A stretch of DNA of 64,000 nt from an uncultured Spirochaetota bacterium (GCA_963781885.1 CAWAHW010000006.1:160001-224000), one strand, 5' to 3'; counted from the stretch's first letter, positions 20,952 through 29,879 are shown. Numbers and translations: made by a program. The notes: generated by a model not told the origin, from the letters alone.

Positions 20952-22127
20952 CTACTTTTGCTCTTCGGCCCGCTTCCTCTTGGCTTTCACTTCCTCGATG
21001 GCAGTGAGCATTTGCGTATGCAGGGACTCCGCGTCATCCCCTTCCATAAGCATATCCTCAAAAACAGAACGCTCCGCTACAGCCTTCTTCCGCATAGTTT
21101 CGATATCAGACAGTGCAGTGTTCCATTGATGTATGGCGTCGTCAACCTGCCCAAACATATTGAAGAAGTATCCATAATGCATCTTCACGAGAAAGTTGGT
21201 AGGATCTATCACTATCGCAGTTCGCCAGAGTTCATTCAGCTTTACATACAATTCCCGCACTCTTTCCTTCGACTTTGCAGGGCCATCGGTGTTCATCAGC
21301 TCGTCATAGGACTCCTTCCCAAGCCTGTACAGATCAGATCCAATTGAGAAGATCACTTGCCTAATGTCAGATGACTTTTCACATATTGGTTTGAAGATCG
21401 TCTCTATCAGATCGTAAGTGTACGAGACGTGGAGCAGTTCAATTAACGCCTCTCCTTTCTGGTCCTCTAGTTTCTCTGCCAAGGCATCGGTCACAGCCTC
21501 GGGAAGGACTTGCCATTCTTTCGTCTCTCGAAAAAAGATCTTGATGGCCGGCACACCCCTTATTTCACTGGGTTTCGGCTTAGGAGTTTGACCGACAAGT
21601 GCATCAAACAGGTCCTTGACCTTTGGTATGACTATTTCCTTTTCTATTGCCGCCAAGGCCCCGCGAAGCGCCAACACTCTCCGTATGTCTGCAATAACTA
21701 CAGCGTCTTTGCCCATACGCCACAACGTCGGCTTCTTCTCAAGAGCGGCAGCTTCAAGAAGCATTTCGAGATAGTTGTGTAGCGCTTGAAAGGTTTCATC
21801 CCCGCTCTTTGTTCGATAGATCTCTCCGTAGCGGTCCATTTGCTCATTCATTATGCTACGCAGGGTGTCTTGCGGTACCGCCCGAAAGGCTTTGAACAGT
21901 CTGTCCAAAAATTCATCATAGAGAATGCTTCTCAAGCCCTCGGTGAGGTGTTCGTGCACGACCTCCATATCCAGCCGGCTGAAGATATATACGGCAAAGC
22001 AAAGGACGATGGGTTCAGGCTTCTTCGGCTTTAGACACTCACGACTCACTTCAAAACACTTCTTTGAAAGTAAGAAAATGGCTTCAACCACCTGAACCTG
22101 CAAGGGTACTTCTCGCTTACTGTTCAT
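20952..22127 (-). CDS. Helical protein with C-terminal TPR-like repeat
   Basis: RBS GGAGG before ATG 22127; AIVIDPTNFLVKMHYGYFFNMFGQVDDAIHQWNTAL is TPR-like. Confidence 0.65.
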   Translation of the reverse strand: MNSKREVPLQVQVVEAIFLLSKKCFEVSRECLKPKKPEPIVLCFAVYIFSRLDMEVVHEHLTEGLRSILYDEFLDRLFKAFRAVPQDTLRSIMNEQMDRYGEIYRTKSGDETFQALHNYLEMLLEAAALEKKPTLWRMGKDAVVIADIRRVLALRGALAAIEKEIVIPKVKDLFDALVGQTPKPKPSEIRGVPAIKIFFRETKEWQVLPEAVTDALAEKLEDQKGEALIELLHVSYTYDLIETIFKPICEKSSDIRQVIFSIGSDLYRLGKESYDELMNTDGPAKSKERVRELYVKLNELWRTAIVIDPTNFLVKMHYGYFFNMFGQVDDAIHQWNTALSDIETMRKKAVAERSVFEDMLMEGDDAESLHTQMLTAIEEVKAKRKRAEEQK

Positions 22128-22177
22128 TTCGAACCCTCCGTTAGAGGTTGAGGACATTCTCGCGTCAGTATCTTTTT

Positions 22178-22411
22178 TTAGCTCTCTTCCTCACTCCCGT
22201 CAAGTCTTAGATAGACTTCTGGTTCTCCCAAACGCAGCAGTTCATAATGATCGTCGCATTCCCTCAAATACTTCTTGACTTGCTCTGTTACCCATCCAAG
22301 GGCCGTCACTCTATCCAGCCTGAGATACCTCTTAAGCCTCAACACCTCTTCTTCCGACAGGTCGGCGTACAACGTGTAGTATTTGTCGTAGCGTTGCTTC
22401 TTCGGCGCCAT
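22178..22411 (-). CDS. Small protein, possible ribbon-helix-helix DNA-binding protein
   Basis: 77 aa; strand-like TLYADL then two helices (SEEEVLRLKRYL; TALGWVTEQVKKYL). Confidence 0.45.
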   Translation of the reverse strand: MAPKKQRYDKYYTLYADLSEEEVLRLKRYLRLDRVTALGWVTEQVKKYLRECDDHYELLRLGEPEVYLRLDGSEEES

Positions 22412-22719
22412 TTCAGTGACTTCTATATTTGTTTGTCGCGGAATGCAGAAGAATGTGTGAGGGGATGTGTCTGATGTGCAAAAGCTTGTTCTTTATCATT
22501 CAAAGTATTGTTTCTATTATCATTATCAATATGTAGGATCTTATCTCAATATAAGAGTGTCTTACTGTCTCTAATAGAGTTCTTTATGTTCAGGGGTGTA
22601 AAGAAGTACTTCTTTTCTCCTCCGTCAGGTGTGTTGGTAACCTGATGCGGGCACCTTTCCATATCCCTGCCAAACCACTAGTTCTGGATCAGGGAGGTCT
22701 GGATGTACCGGATGTATTA

Positions 22720-22950
22720 TCATTGCTTCAAGTCTTTCAGCTTCTTGGCGACTAACTTCTTGCTCTCTGCAATGTTCAAGTAGTCTGGCTTCATAATAAC
22801 TTCTTGGGGAATAGAAAAGTCTTCACCGCCATATACATCCAACCAAACAGAGATCAACTTTTCCAGTGTCCGTGTGGTAGTAAGTCCCTTTGCTCGGTTT
22901 GCATCTCTAAACCTGTCCCATAAAGGCTTATTTACATTTCCCAATGGCAT
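22720..22950 (-). CDS. Putative ribbon-helix-helix regulator
   Basis: RBS AGGAGG before ATG 22950; NVNKPLWDRFR...KGLTTTRTLEKLISVWL fits the RHH pattern. Confidence 0.55.
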   Translation of the reverse strand: MPLGNVNKPLWDRFRDANRAKGLTTTRTLEKLISVWLDVYGGEDFSIPQEVIMKPDYLNIAESKKLVAKKLKDLKQ

Positions 22951-23018
22951 ATCATACCTCCTTCTATTATTAGCTTTATTGAGAAGTATGCTTTCGGTGC
23001 TGTATTTAGAAGAAAAAA

Positions 23019-23124
23019 TGACGGACTGACGCACCTATACCCCTTTCCTATTCCTTTCTTATGTTGGCAAAAGATCGTTTTGCCACTGCTCCGTCACATC
23101 CGTCATTGTGACGGACCTGACGAA
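23019..23124. repeat. Iteron cluster and perfect inverted repeat, candidate replication origin
   Basis: TGACGGA at 23019 and 23109, its reverse complement TCCGTCA at 23090 and 23099 (also 22621), near-copies at 23027 and 23118; TGGCAAAA-GATCG-TTTTGCCA at 23065-23085. Confidence 0.55.
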
Positions 23125-25076
23125 CCACCACCCTGTTCCTCCTCACTAAAAACCGCGGCTACTCTTTCGAGCATCCCCATATCCAGACTAACTGTTGTCT
23201 TTGCTAAGACACGTCTCAACACCTCAACATAAGTGTCAGGTTTTAGTTCTTGACCCTTCATAACCTTCACAACGACATTGGCCTTTGCCTCTGGCACGCC
23301 TTCTCTCACCAGGACGTGTTTCAAATCTTCTTGCTCAAAGGCGATGTAGGTGAACACCTTCTTGCGTATCACGAAGCACCTTTGTTGCTTCACTGACTGC
23401 TTTTCGTAGATGTTCCTATTGGGGTCGAGGGGTGGTATTCGCTGCCGATCATTTACGTAATAGCCCTTGATATGGTTTGAGATGGACTTGATCTTCTCGG
23501 TTAGGGTCTTTTGGTGGGAAGAGAGGTAGCTGGTGGGATACTGTTCCTTCCACCTTTCATAGAAAGCCCTTGTAGTGACAACTGCATCGCCTGATCCGTC
23601 TTTGATCGTCTTCTTGTATAGTTCGTCAACCAGATCGGAGATACACAGCACGTCGTAGTCCAGGTCTCTATCTTCCTGAGCCAAGGCAAAGTCAAAGACT
23701 GGTTCATTTGGATAGAATGTCCGAAGCAGCTTCGACATAACCTCGCTCCAAGCATCTTGCTTCGGATGGTTGAAATGACTGACATCCTTCACCCAGTCAA
23801 TATGGTCCAGGTGCCACGCTATGTCTTCTATGAGTTCCTTCTGCTTGAAGGTCTTTAGGGTATTGTTGATGTACTGCCGTTGTTCATCTGATACCTGAGC
23901 CTTGGGCGTCATACGGATGATGATGACTGTTTCCAACAGGTCATCACCCAACATAAACCAACGGTTGAAAGTAACAAAATACGTCTTATTGTTGTATATC
24001 TTGCCGTGAGAGAGTTGCATTATCCAAGATGGAATGACTGGATCGGTGATGTAGTGCCGCAACAGGTCCTTTGACTTTGCGTCAAGCGTTGTCACGTTAT
24101 CAAAGAGACAGTACTTGTTGGCAAACTGACTGACAGAGGAGATAGCTTCCTTGTTGTCTGCTTTGTCGGTGCCCAAGAGGACAGGAAGATCCCCCTGGAT
24201 GAGACGTATGCCCTCGATTACTACCGAGGACTTTCCTGATGACTGCCCCTCTGCGGATATGCCGAACATAGGACGTTTCGCATCGTATTCGCGGCCCAAA
24301 AATGCCGAGAGAAAACCTGCCGCAAGCCGGTATTCGTTCTTCAAGCCTTTGGACCTATCGACGGTAAAAAGCTGCATCAGCCGAAGGAAAGACCCATTGT
24401 TCCTGCCTTCAATTCGGGTCCCAGTGTATCTGGTGTTCTTGTCGGGTTTGAGTTCTGGCAAGAGTGACATCCTGTCAAAGCTCTCCGCCTCTTGCCTCAG
24501 CATTTCCAGATAGTCTTCCCTGGAGTGGGTGTAAGCCTCTTTCTGCCTAAATCGCCATTGCCAGCCTTCTTTGCTCAAGACGTACCGCAATTTGTTGGTG
24601 TTTGTAATGGGTTCTTTGTCGTCTTTTCGATAGAAAAGGATCTTCTTCGCCTCGTAGGGAATGAAGGTATAGAAGAGTTCTGTGGTAGCAGTCATTTCGG
24701 GCGAATAGGTATCAACTGGCTTGAAGTGCTCACCCTGGTCGTCCTCCCAATAGGTATAGTTGCGGAGGACTTTGCCTTCTGGTTCGTTCGACTTCCTTTT
24801 GGAAAGTTGGATGAGTTTCTTTACGATGGTGTTGTATTCAGTTTCGCTGAGCTTCTGCGCTGTCTTCATCTCCAGTAAGACTTCAAGGATATTGTGTCCA
24901 CGCCAAGCGAGGCTACATCGATGATGGTTACAACGCAGCGTGCTCTTCATCCCTGCCGTCTTCTCTACCTGGCACGTCCCAATCCTGCCACAGACTGGGC
25001 ACGGGTTGATAAAGAAGCCTTCGAGTTTGAGGTCCTTGCCGATGGTTTCGATGATCTTTTGAAGTGCTAGTCTCAT
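23103..25076 (-). CDS. Replication protein: N-terminal Zn finger plus P-loop ATPase/helicase (primase-helicase-like)
   Basis: CPVCG...CNHHRC; Walker A EGQSSGKSS; Walker B-like YCLFDN; RBS AAGGAG. Confidence 0.7.
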   Translation of the reverse strand: MRLALQKIIETIGKDLKLEGFFINPCPVCGRIGTCQVEKTAGMKSTLRCNHHRCSLAWRGHNILEVLLEMKTAQKLSETEYNTIVKKLIQLSKRKSNEPEGKVLRNYTYWEDDQGEHFKPVDTYSPEMTATTELFYTFIPYEAKKILFYRKDDKEPITNTNKLRYVLSKEGWQWRFRQKEAYTHSREDYLEMLRQEAESFDRMSLLPELKPDKNTRYTGTRIEGRNNGSFLRLMQLFTVDRSKGLKNEYRLAAGFLSAFLGREYDAKRPMFGISAEGQSSGKSSVVIEGIRLIQGDLPVLLGTDKADNKEAISSVSQFANKYCLFDNVTTLDAKSKDLLRHYITDPVIPSWIMQLSHGKIYNNKTYFVTFNRWFMLGDDLLETVIIIRMTPKAQVSDEQRQYINNTLKTFKQKELIEDIAWHLDHIDWVKDVSHFNHPKQDAWSEVMSKLLRTFYPNEPVFDFALAQEDRDLDYDVLCISDLVDELYKKTIKDGSGDAVVTTRAFYERWKEQYPTSYLSSHQKTLTEKIKSISNHIKGYYVNDRQRIPPLDPNRNIYEKQSVKQQRCFVIRKKVFTYIAFEQEDLKHVLVREGVPEAKANVVVKVMKGQELKPDTYVEVLRRVLAKTTVSLDMGMLERVAAVFSEEEQGGGSSGPSQ

Positions 25077-25093
25077 TTCACCACTCCTTTCAT

Positions 25094-25126
25094 AAAGAAA
25101 AAGGAAGGGGGCATTTGCCCCCTTCC
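25094..25126 (-). terminator. Intrinsic terminator upstream of the replication gene
   Basis: GGAAGGGGGCA-nn-TGCCCCCTTCC stem (25103-25126) followed on the minus strand by TTTTTCTTT. Confidence 0.75.
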
Positions 25127-25137
25127 CCTTCTGCGGG

Positions 25138-25377
25138 TCAACTCTGCTGGAACTTTTCCGTGATCGAGGAGAGGAACTCCTGGATCGCTTCCAGGTCCAT
25201 CTTGGTCGTGACCTTGTAGAAGTTGATCCTGCCCGAGAGCGTCCGTTCGACCGAGTCGAACTTGAGGTTGTGGACGATCACGTCCTTGGCGAGTGCAGCT
25301 TCGGCGGGAGCGGGTGCTCGTCCGAGCTTGAGTTCGATCGGTTTCTGGACCGCTTCGGTTTTGAACAGGTTAGCCAT
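25138..25377 (-). CDS. Hypothetical phage early protein
   Basis: 79-aa ORF with regular codon usage, followed by terminator. Confidence 0.6.
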   Translation of the reverse strand: MANLFKTEAVQKPIELKLGRAPAPAEAALAKDVIVHNLKFDSVERTLSGRINFYKVTTKMDLEAIQEFLSSITEKFQQS

Positions 25378-25454
25378 AGGAACCCCCTAAGAAAGGAAAG
25401 ATGTAGAGCGCCCCAACGGAGCGCTGTAGAACCATATGGAGCGAGGGCTGGGTG

Positions 25455-25613
25455 TTACGGTGTCGCGGCATCATCCAGGCCATCGAGAAGGTCTTCGATA
25501 TTGCGAGCCAATGAGAGCTCGCAAAGGTCCTCTTCGGTCAGATCCTCAGCGGGATCATCGTCGTCGAAGCGAATGCGGGAGAGCAGACGAGAATTCAAAG
25601 CGTGGATTTCCAT
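25455..25613 (-). CDS. Small highly acidic protein (52 aa, not in the ORF track)
   Basis: MEIHALNSRLLSRIRFDDDDPAEDLTEEDLCELSLARNIEDLLDGLDDAATP*; G-rich RBS (GGGGGTGG) upstream. Confidence 0.5.
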   Translation of the reverse strand: MEIHALNSRLLSRIRFDDDDPAEDLTEEDLCELSLARNIEDLLDGLDDAATP

Positions 25614-25679
25614 AACCACCCCCTTTTTCACATAAGGAAATATGGATGGAGACCGAGTGTCTGAATTGCTTTTCAGTCG

Positions 25680-25889
25680 CTACTTTGACTCGCGCTGATA
25701 GATGGCTTTGATGAGTTGCTCTTTGATAAGGCGCTTTACTGAGACTGGAGCCACATAGAGCCGGTGTGAAAGGTCCTTGATAAGTCGGTCAAGGTCGATT
25801 GCAGATAGAGTACGAGCCTCTTCCTTCAATCGATACCACTTGTTGCCGCGAGAAGTATAGTACTTCTTGTTGCGCTCCAACTTCGTCAA
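25680..25889 (-). CDS. Small basic protein, paralogue of 26347-26619
   Basis: RNKKYYTSRG...IYQRE matches RNIDYYKERG...IYVRE. Confidence 0.5.
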   Translation of the reverse strand: MTKLERNKKYYTSRGNKWYRLKEEARTLSAIDLDRLIKDLSHRLYVAPVSVKRLIKEQLIKAIYQRESK

Positions 25890-25894
25890 TTGGG

Positions 25895-26293
25895 CTATTC
25901 GAAGTCATAGACAACCTCAACCGCACTGCGATCATTATTTTGACGATAAGAGTGGCTATTTGCGTACTCGCGTGCATAGTCGGTCTTATTACCGTCGTAC
26001 CAGTCAGGATGATACTCAAAAGCCGAAATGACCTTTACGCCCTCATTTCGATCCTCGATGAAAGCTAGGCGGTATTGTTTGCTGTCGTGATACAGAGTGA
26101 GAACGATCCTCTGGCCATATCCGATATCTTCCTGATATAGGACTCGAAAAGGTGCGATGCGCCTTCGTACCAAATGCAACAGGAACTTCACGTTGATCCC
26201 GGTCGCCTCTGCTTTTCTCGCACAGTGTAAGTTATCGATGGCAACTGAGCCATTTTCAACAGCCTTCAAAACATCGTTCTTTGTCATCCCCAT
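25895..26293 (-). CDS. DUF4258/RelE-fold-like protein
   Basis: RBS AGGAGG; HCARKAEATGI...VKVISAFEYHPDW loosely fits the H(A)xxRMxxRxI...VIITAYxP..W pattern. Confidence 0.45.
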   Translation of the reverse strand: MGMTKNDVLKAVENGSVAIDNLHCARKAEATGINVKFLLHLVRRRIAPFRVLYQEDIGYGQRIVLTLYHDSKQYRLAFIEDRNEGVKVISAFEYHPDWYDGNKTDYAREYANSHSYRQNNDRSAVEVVYDFE

Positions 26294-26346
26294 ACACCTC
26301 CTGTATGGAGAAAGTATGGCAGACGGCGCATTTGCTCTAAAATGAC

Positions 26347-26619
26347 TTACAAGGTGTTAAGCTTTTTCTTTCTGAGGTGTTCGCGGACGTATATCAATTC
26401 AAGGATGTCTCGACCCAGCTTTCGCATTTCTTCTGGATCGGTTTCTTTGTAGTAGAGTTTTGCCTGTCGCTCGATCCCTCGACTTAGTTCTCGGATGCTG
26501 ATGTGTGACTTCAGTGCCTTGGTGATAATTTTCGCTCTTCTTGATCCCCGTTCTTTGTAATAGTCTATGTTGCGCTGCCTCTTGCGGGCTTTCTTTATGT
26601 GTTCGGGTAGCGGCCTCAT
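26347..26619 (-). CDS. Small basic protein coupled to the recombinase (candidate directionality factor)
   Basis: ATG overlaps recombinase stop (ATGA); very Lys/Arg-rich. Confidence 0.55.
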   Translation of the reverse strand: MRPLPEHIKKARKRQRNIDYYKERGSRRAKIITKALKSHISIRELSRGIERQAKLYYKETDPEEMRKLGRDILELIYVREHLRKKKLNTL

Positions 26620-28170
26620 ACTCTCTCTCCGTGGATGAGGTTGTCGATAGTTCTCATTCGTGCTTGCAGATCCTCTGGGATGTTCTTGGTGTCGACGCTA
26701 TCCACTTTGCCAGTGATCCATTCAACCGTCATCGTTCGGTTCTTGAAAATGCAGCTTTTTATCCTTCTCATAAACAACTCTCTGCGCTGGACTTCATTCA
26801 AGTCATACATATTCCAGCTATCCTTGCCTCTGAACTCCTCCACGAGACTGTCCACGCTGGCTTCTTGCATCCTGACATTCTCTGATGCCTCAGCAAAACT
26901 GTCTTCGAGCTTCTTCTTCTCGGCATTCAAGGTTGCAAGGTTTTCTGAGATGTCCTCCATATCAACCAAGTTTTTTTGGACCATTCCTATGACCCTTTTC
27001 CGCTCTTTCTCTATCTCCGCCAGCCGCTTCTGGATGCTGACGAGCGAGCTATCCAACTTTTGTCGCTGACGCAGCACTTCCTTCTGCTGCATCTCCAGAT
27101 ACTTCTTGATCTCGGCGTCGTTGGTGAAGCAGTCCACGTAGAGGGCGTGAAGAAGCATATCCATCTTCTTCTTGACGAGGTACTTCGGCTTCTGTGGGCA
27201 GTTGTGGCCTTTGAGCGTCCTTGTGATGTGGGTATAGAACTCCTTGTACAGCAACCTCCCTGCCTTCATTACCTTGTATGTCTTCCTATAGTAAAAGGCA
27301 GTGCCACAGATACCGCAATGGATGATGCTTGAGAGTTCGTGTTTGCCTCTCCTGAAGTCAGCCCTTCCCCGATCTGCATAGTTCTTGGCGATGATCTTCT
27401 GGACCTTATGCCACTGTGACTTTTCTACCAAGGGAGTAAAGACCTTTGACGGAATGAGCATTCGCTTGCTGTCGTATTGATAACCCATATAGGCTGGCTG
27501 ATGCAGAATGCCGCCGATGCGAGTATCAACCCACTCTACGCCAGACTTGGTCTCGCAAACCTTGTCTCGACAACTCACGACTAATCTCCGTGTAGGTCTG
27601 CCCTTCCTCATACCAGGCGAAGACCTTCCTGACTATCTCAGCTTCCCTTTTGTTGACGACCACTTTCTTGGTGCCGTCTCGTTCGTACACATAGTCATAG
27701 CCAAACAAGGACGACTGCTTGTACAAGCCATCGTCAATTCGTTGTCTGACACCGCGGGTGATCCTTTCCAGTGTACGGGCTCTCTCATACGAGGAGACCA
27801 CTGAGTTGATCCCATAGAGAAAGATGCTCTCTGGCTTGGTTAGGTCGGTCTCCTGTCCATCTATGAAGAGCCGTGCTTTGTGCTTGACAAGTAGTTTGCG
27901 GAGCGTGATGGCATCTTGTTCATCTCTTGACAACCTACTGAACTCGATGACCCATATCCCACCAATCTCACCGGCCTCTACTGCTTGAAGCATCTGTTGA
28001 AGCTGCTGCCTGAGAAGACTGGCTGCAGAAGCCTGTTCCTCAAACAGGACCGCCTCAAACCCCTGTTGTCGGCAGAAGTCTTGGCCGCGTTGCCGTTGGT
28101 AAGGTGAGGAATAGTTGTCCTTCTGCCCTACGGTCGATACCCTGACGTAGACTCCACACTTCATTTTCAT
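26616..28170 (-). CDS. Large serine recombinase (phage integrase; indel near 27553)
   Basis: YVRVST catalytic motif, EFSRLSRD, FGY recombinase domain, CGICG Zn ribbon and coiled coil; the two ORFs join as LSRQGLR-TKSGVEW (~517 aa). Confidence 0.93.
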
Positions 28171-28191
28171 CCCTCCATTCTATCACGAATG

Positions 28192-28213
28192 GGGTAATAA
28201 TAGTATTATACCC
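28192..28213. promoter_or_regulatory. AT-rich imperfect palindrome upstream of integrase (att arm and/or -10 box)
   Basis: GGGT-A-ATAATA-G-TATTAT-ACCC; contains TATAAT on the minus strand; lies at the GC transition. Confidence 0.4.
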
Positions 28214-28316
28214 TACATACGTCGGGCAGAATCCAGTAGCGGTCGTGATGCGCTTTTCCATCTCTTTTTCGCTTTCGAATTGACGCGCGGCCGGCGCTCC
28301 GGCGGGCCAGCCCTCT

Positions 28317-29831
28317 TCAGTCGATCTCTTTTTGCGCCGCGCGCGCCTTGCGGATCTCCTCATTCAATGCGTCGCGCAGCCACTCCCGCTCCCGCTCGGA
28401 CAGGTTCTCCCCGAAGCGCAGTGTTGACACGCCGACGTCGAGGCTGAGCCGGGCGCCCGATCGGCTGCGGCCGTGGGACCGGTAGCGCGGCAGGTCGCCC
28501 CATCCGCGGTCGCGGCGGTAGCGGTCCATGTTCCCCCACGAATCGCCCCAGGTGCCGCGCGACCGGTAGCGCGACCCGCGCCCCTCCTCCAGCCGGCACT
28601 CACCAACGTCCGAAAGCGGCACCGAGCGCCTGCGGGAGAAGAAAAACAGCCGCCGCGTCCATGAAAACTCCCCCGGGCCCACCTCGATGCCCAGTTTCCC
28701 GAATAGCGACGACACAATCCAGGAGATCGAGCTCAGGCCCATGATGATGAAGGGAAGCGATATGAGCGTGGTGGACAGGATCCTGCCGCTTCGAAACGAG
28801 GAGGAAGACCAGAAGCCGCCGAACATGATCCAGAAGAAGACAAAACCGCCGAATGCCGGCATGCCCCGACCCATGCCGCCGCCGGGAATCAGGAAGCGCA
28901 CCGCGTCTCCCTCCACGCTGCGCAGGATGCGCGAGCCGCTGGGCGGGCGGTCCAGGGGCAGGCCGGTGCCCGGCGCGTCAGCTTCGGCGGCGCGGGTCTG
29001 CGCCCGCTGCGCCTGCGGCGCGGGAGGCTGCACGCGATGCTCCAGCAGGGCGATGGCGTCGTCGATGGAGAGCGTGCGCTTGGATTCGTCCGGCTCCAGC
29101 CAATTGCCCAGAACGCGCGCGAGCCCCGCGGAGGAGATCTCGATGACCGAGGCAAAATCGACCTTCATCTCCTTCACCGGAAGATCCGCCGGGTTGCGGT
29201 GGGTGAGCAGGAAGAGAAGGGTCGCCGCCACGGCGTAGAGGTCGGACCGCACGCTTGCCCGGCCGACAAACTGTTCCATCGGCGTATAACCCGGCGTGCC
29301 GACGATGGTGTTCGTGACCGCCATGGAGAGCCGGATGGCGTCCTGCACGCCGCCGAAATCCAGCAGGAATATCTCCCCGTCGATGCGCTGAATGGTATTG
29401 CGCGGGTTGATGTCGCGGTGGATCACCGGCGGCCGCACGGAGTGGATGTAGGAGACGATGTTTGCAAGGCGGACGCCGACGTCCCTGATCTCCTGCTCCG
29501 TGGCGCGCCAGCCCGCCTCCACGCGCGCCTGGAGGCTCTGGCCGTCCACGAACTCCCGCACGAGCACGAACTGCGGCATCCCTTCAAGCTCTTCACGGAA
29601 GAAATCCACGTATGCCGGGATGCAGGGGTGATGGAGGTCACGGAGGACAGCTGCCTCGCGCTCGAAAAGCTCCACCGTCTTCCAGTCGCCCAGCAGCCCC
29701 AGGTGCAGGAGCTTCACCACCACGTCCCGCCCGGTTGCGGTCTCCCGCGCAAGGTACGTGATGCCCGCGCCGCCCCTGCCCAGCTCGCGGACGATCTCAT
29801 ACTTGCCGGAAAGTGTCTCCCCGGGATTCAT
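28317..29831 (-). CDS. Hanks-type Ser/Thr protein kinase with C-terminal membrane domain
   Basis: GRGGAG, VVK, HRDINPRN, DFGG, GTPGYTPMEQ, SDLY; two hydrophobic helices. Confidence 0.93.
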   Translation of the reverse strand: MNPGETLSGKYEIVRELGRGGAGITYLARETATGRDVVVKLLHLGLLGDWKTVELFEREAAVLRDLHHPCIPAYVDFFREELEGMPQFVLVREFVDGQSLQARVEAGWRATEQEIRDVGVRLANIVSYIHSVRPPVIHRDINPRNTIQRIDGEIFLLDFGGVQDAIRLSMAVTNTIVGTPGYTPMEQFVGRASVRSDLYAVAATLLFLLTHRNPADLPVKEMKVDFASVIEISSAGLARVLGNWLEPDESKRTLSIDDAIALLEHRVQPPAPQAQRAQTRAAEADAPGTGLPLDRPPSGSRILRSVEGDAVRFLIPGGGMGRGMPAFGGFVFFWIMFGGFWSSSSFRSGRILSTTLISLPFIIMGLSSISWIVSSLFGKLGIEVGPGEFSWTRRLFFFSRRRSVPLSDVGECRLEEGRGSRYRSRGTWGDSWGNMDRYRRDRGWGDLPRYRSHGRSRSGARLSLDVGVSTLRFGENLSEREREWLRDALNEEIRKARAAQKEID

Positions 29832-29879
29832 GCGGGCGCCGACTCCATGGAGGGATCATAGCAGACAGACAGAGGACAC

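Larger units (their letters stand above)
1..28260. mobile_element. Prophage (podovirus-type), left end outside the window; right boundary near 28190-28285
   Basis: Portal-scaffold-capsid-adaptor-nozzle-fibre-ejection gene order; replication gene and large serine recombinase at the right end; abrupt change from moderate GC to high GC just beyond the recombinase. Confidence 0.92.

Noticed and set aside
28190-28316. tRNA or tmRNA at the integration site
   Set aside because: No cloverleaf, T-loop or CCA pattern recognisable; serine integrases do not need tRNA targets.
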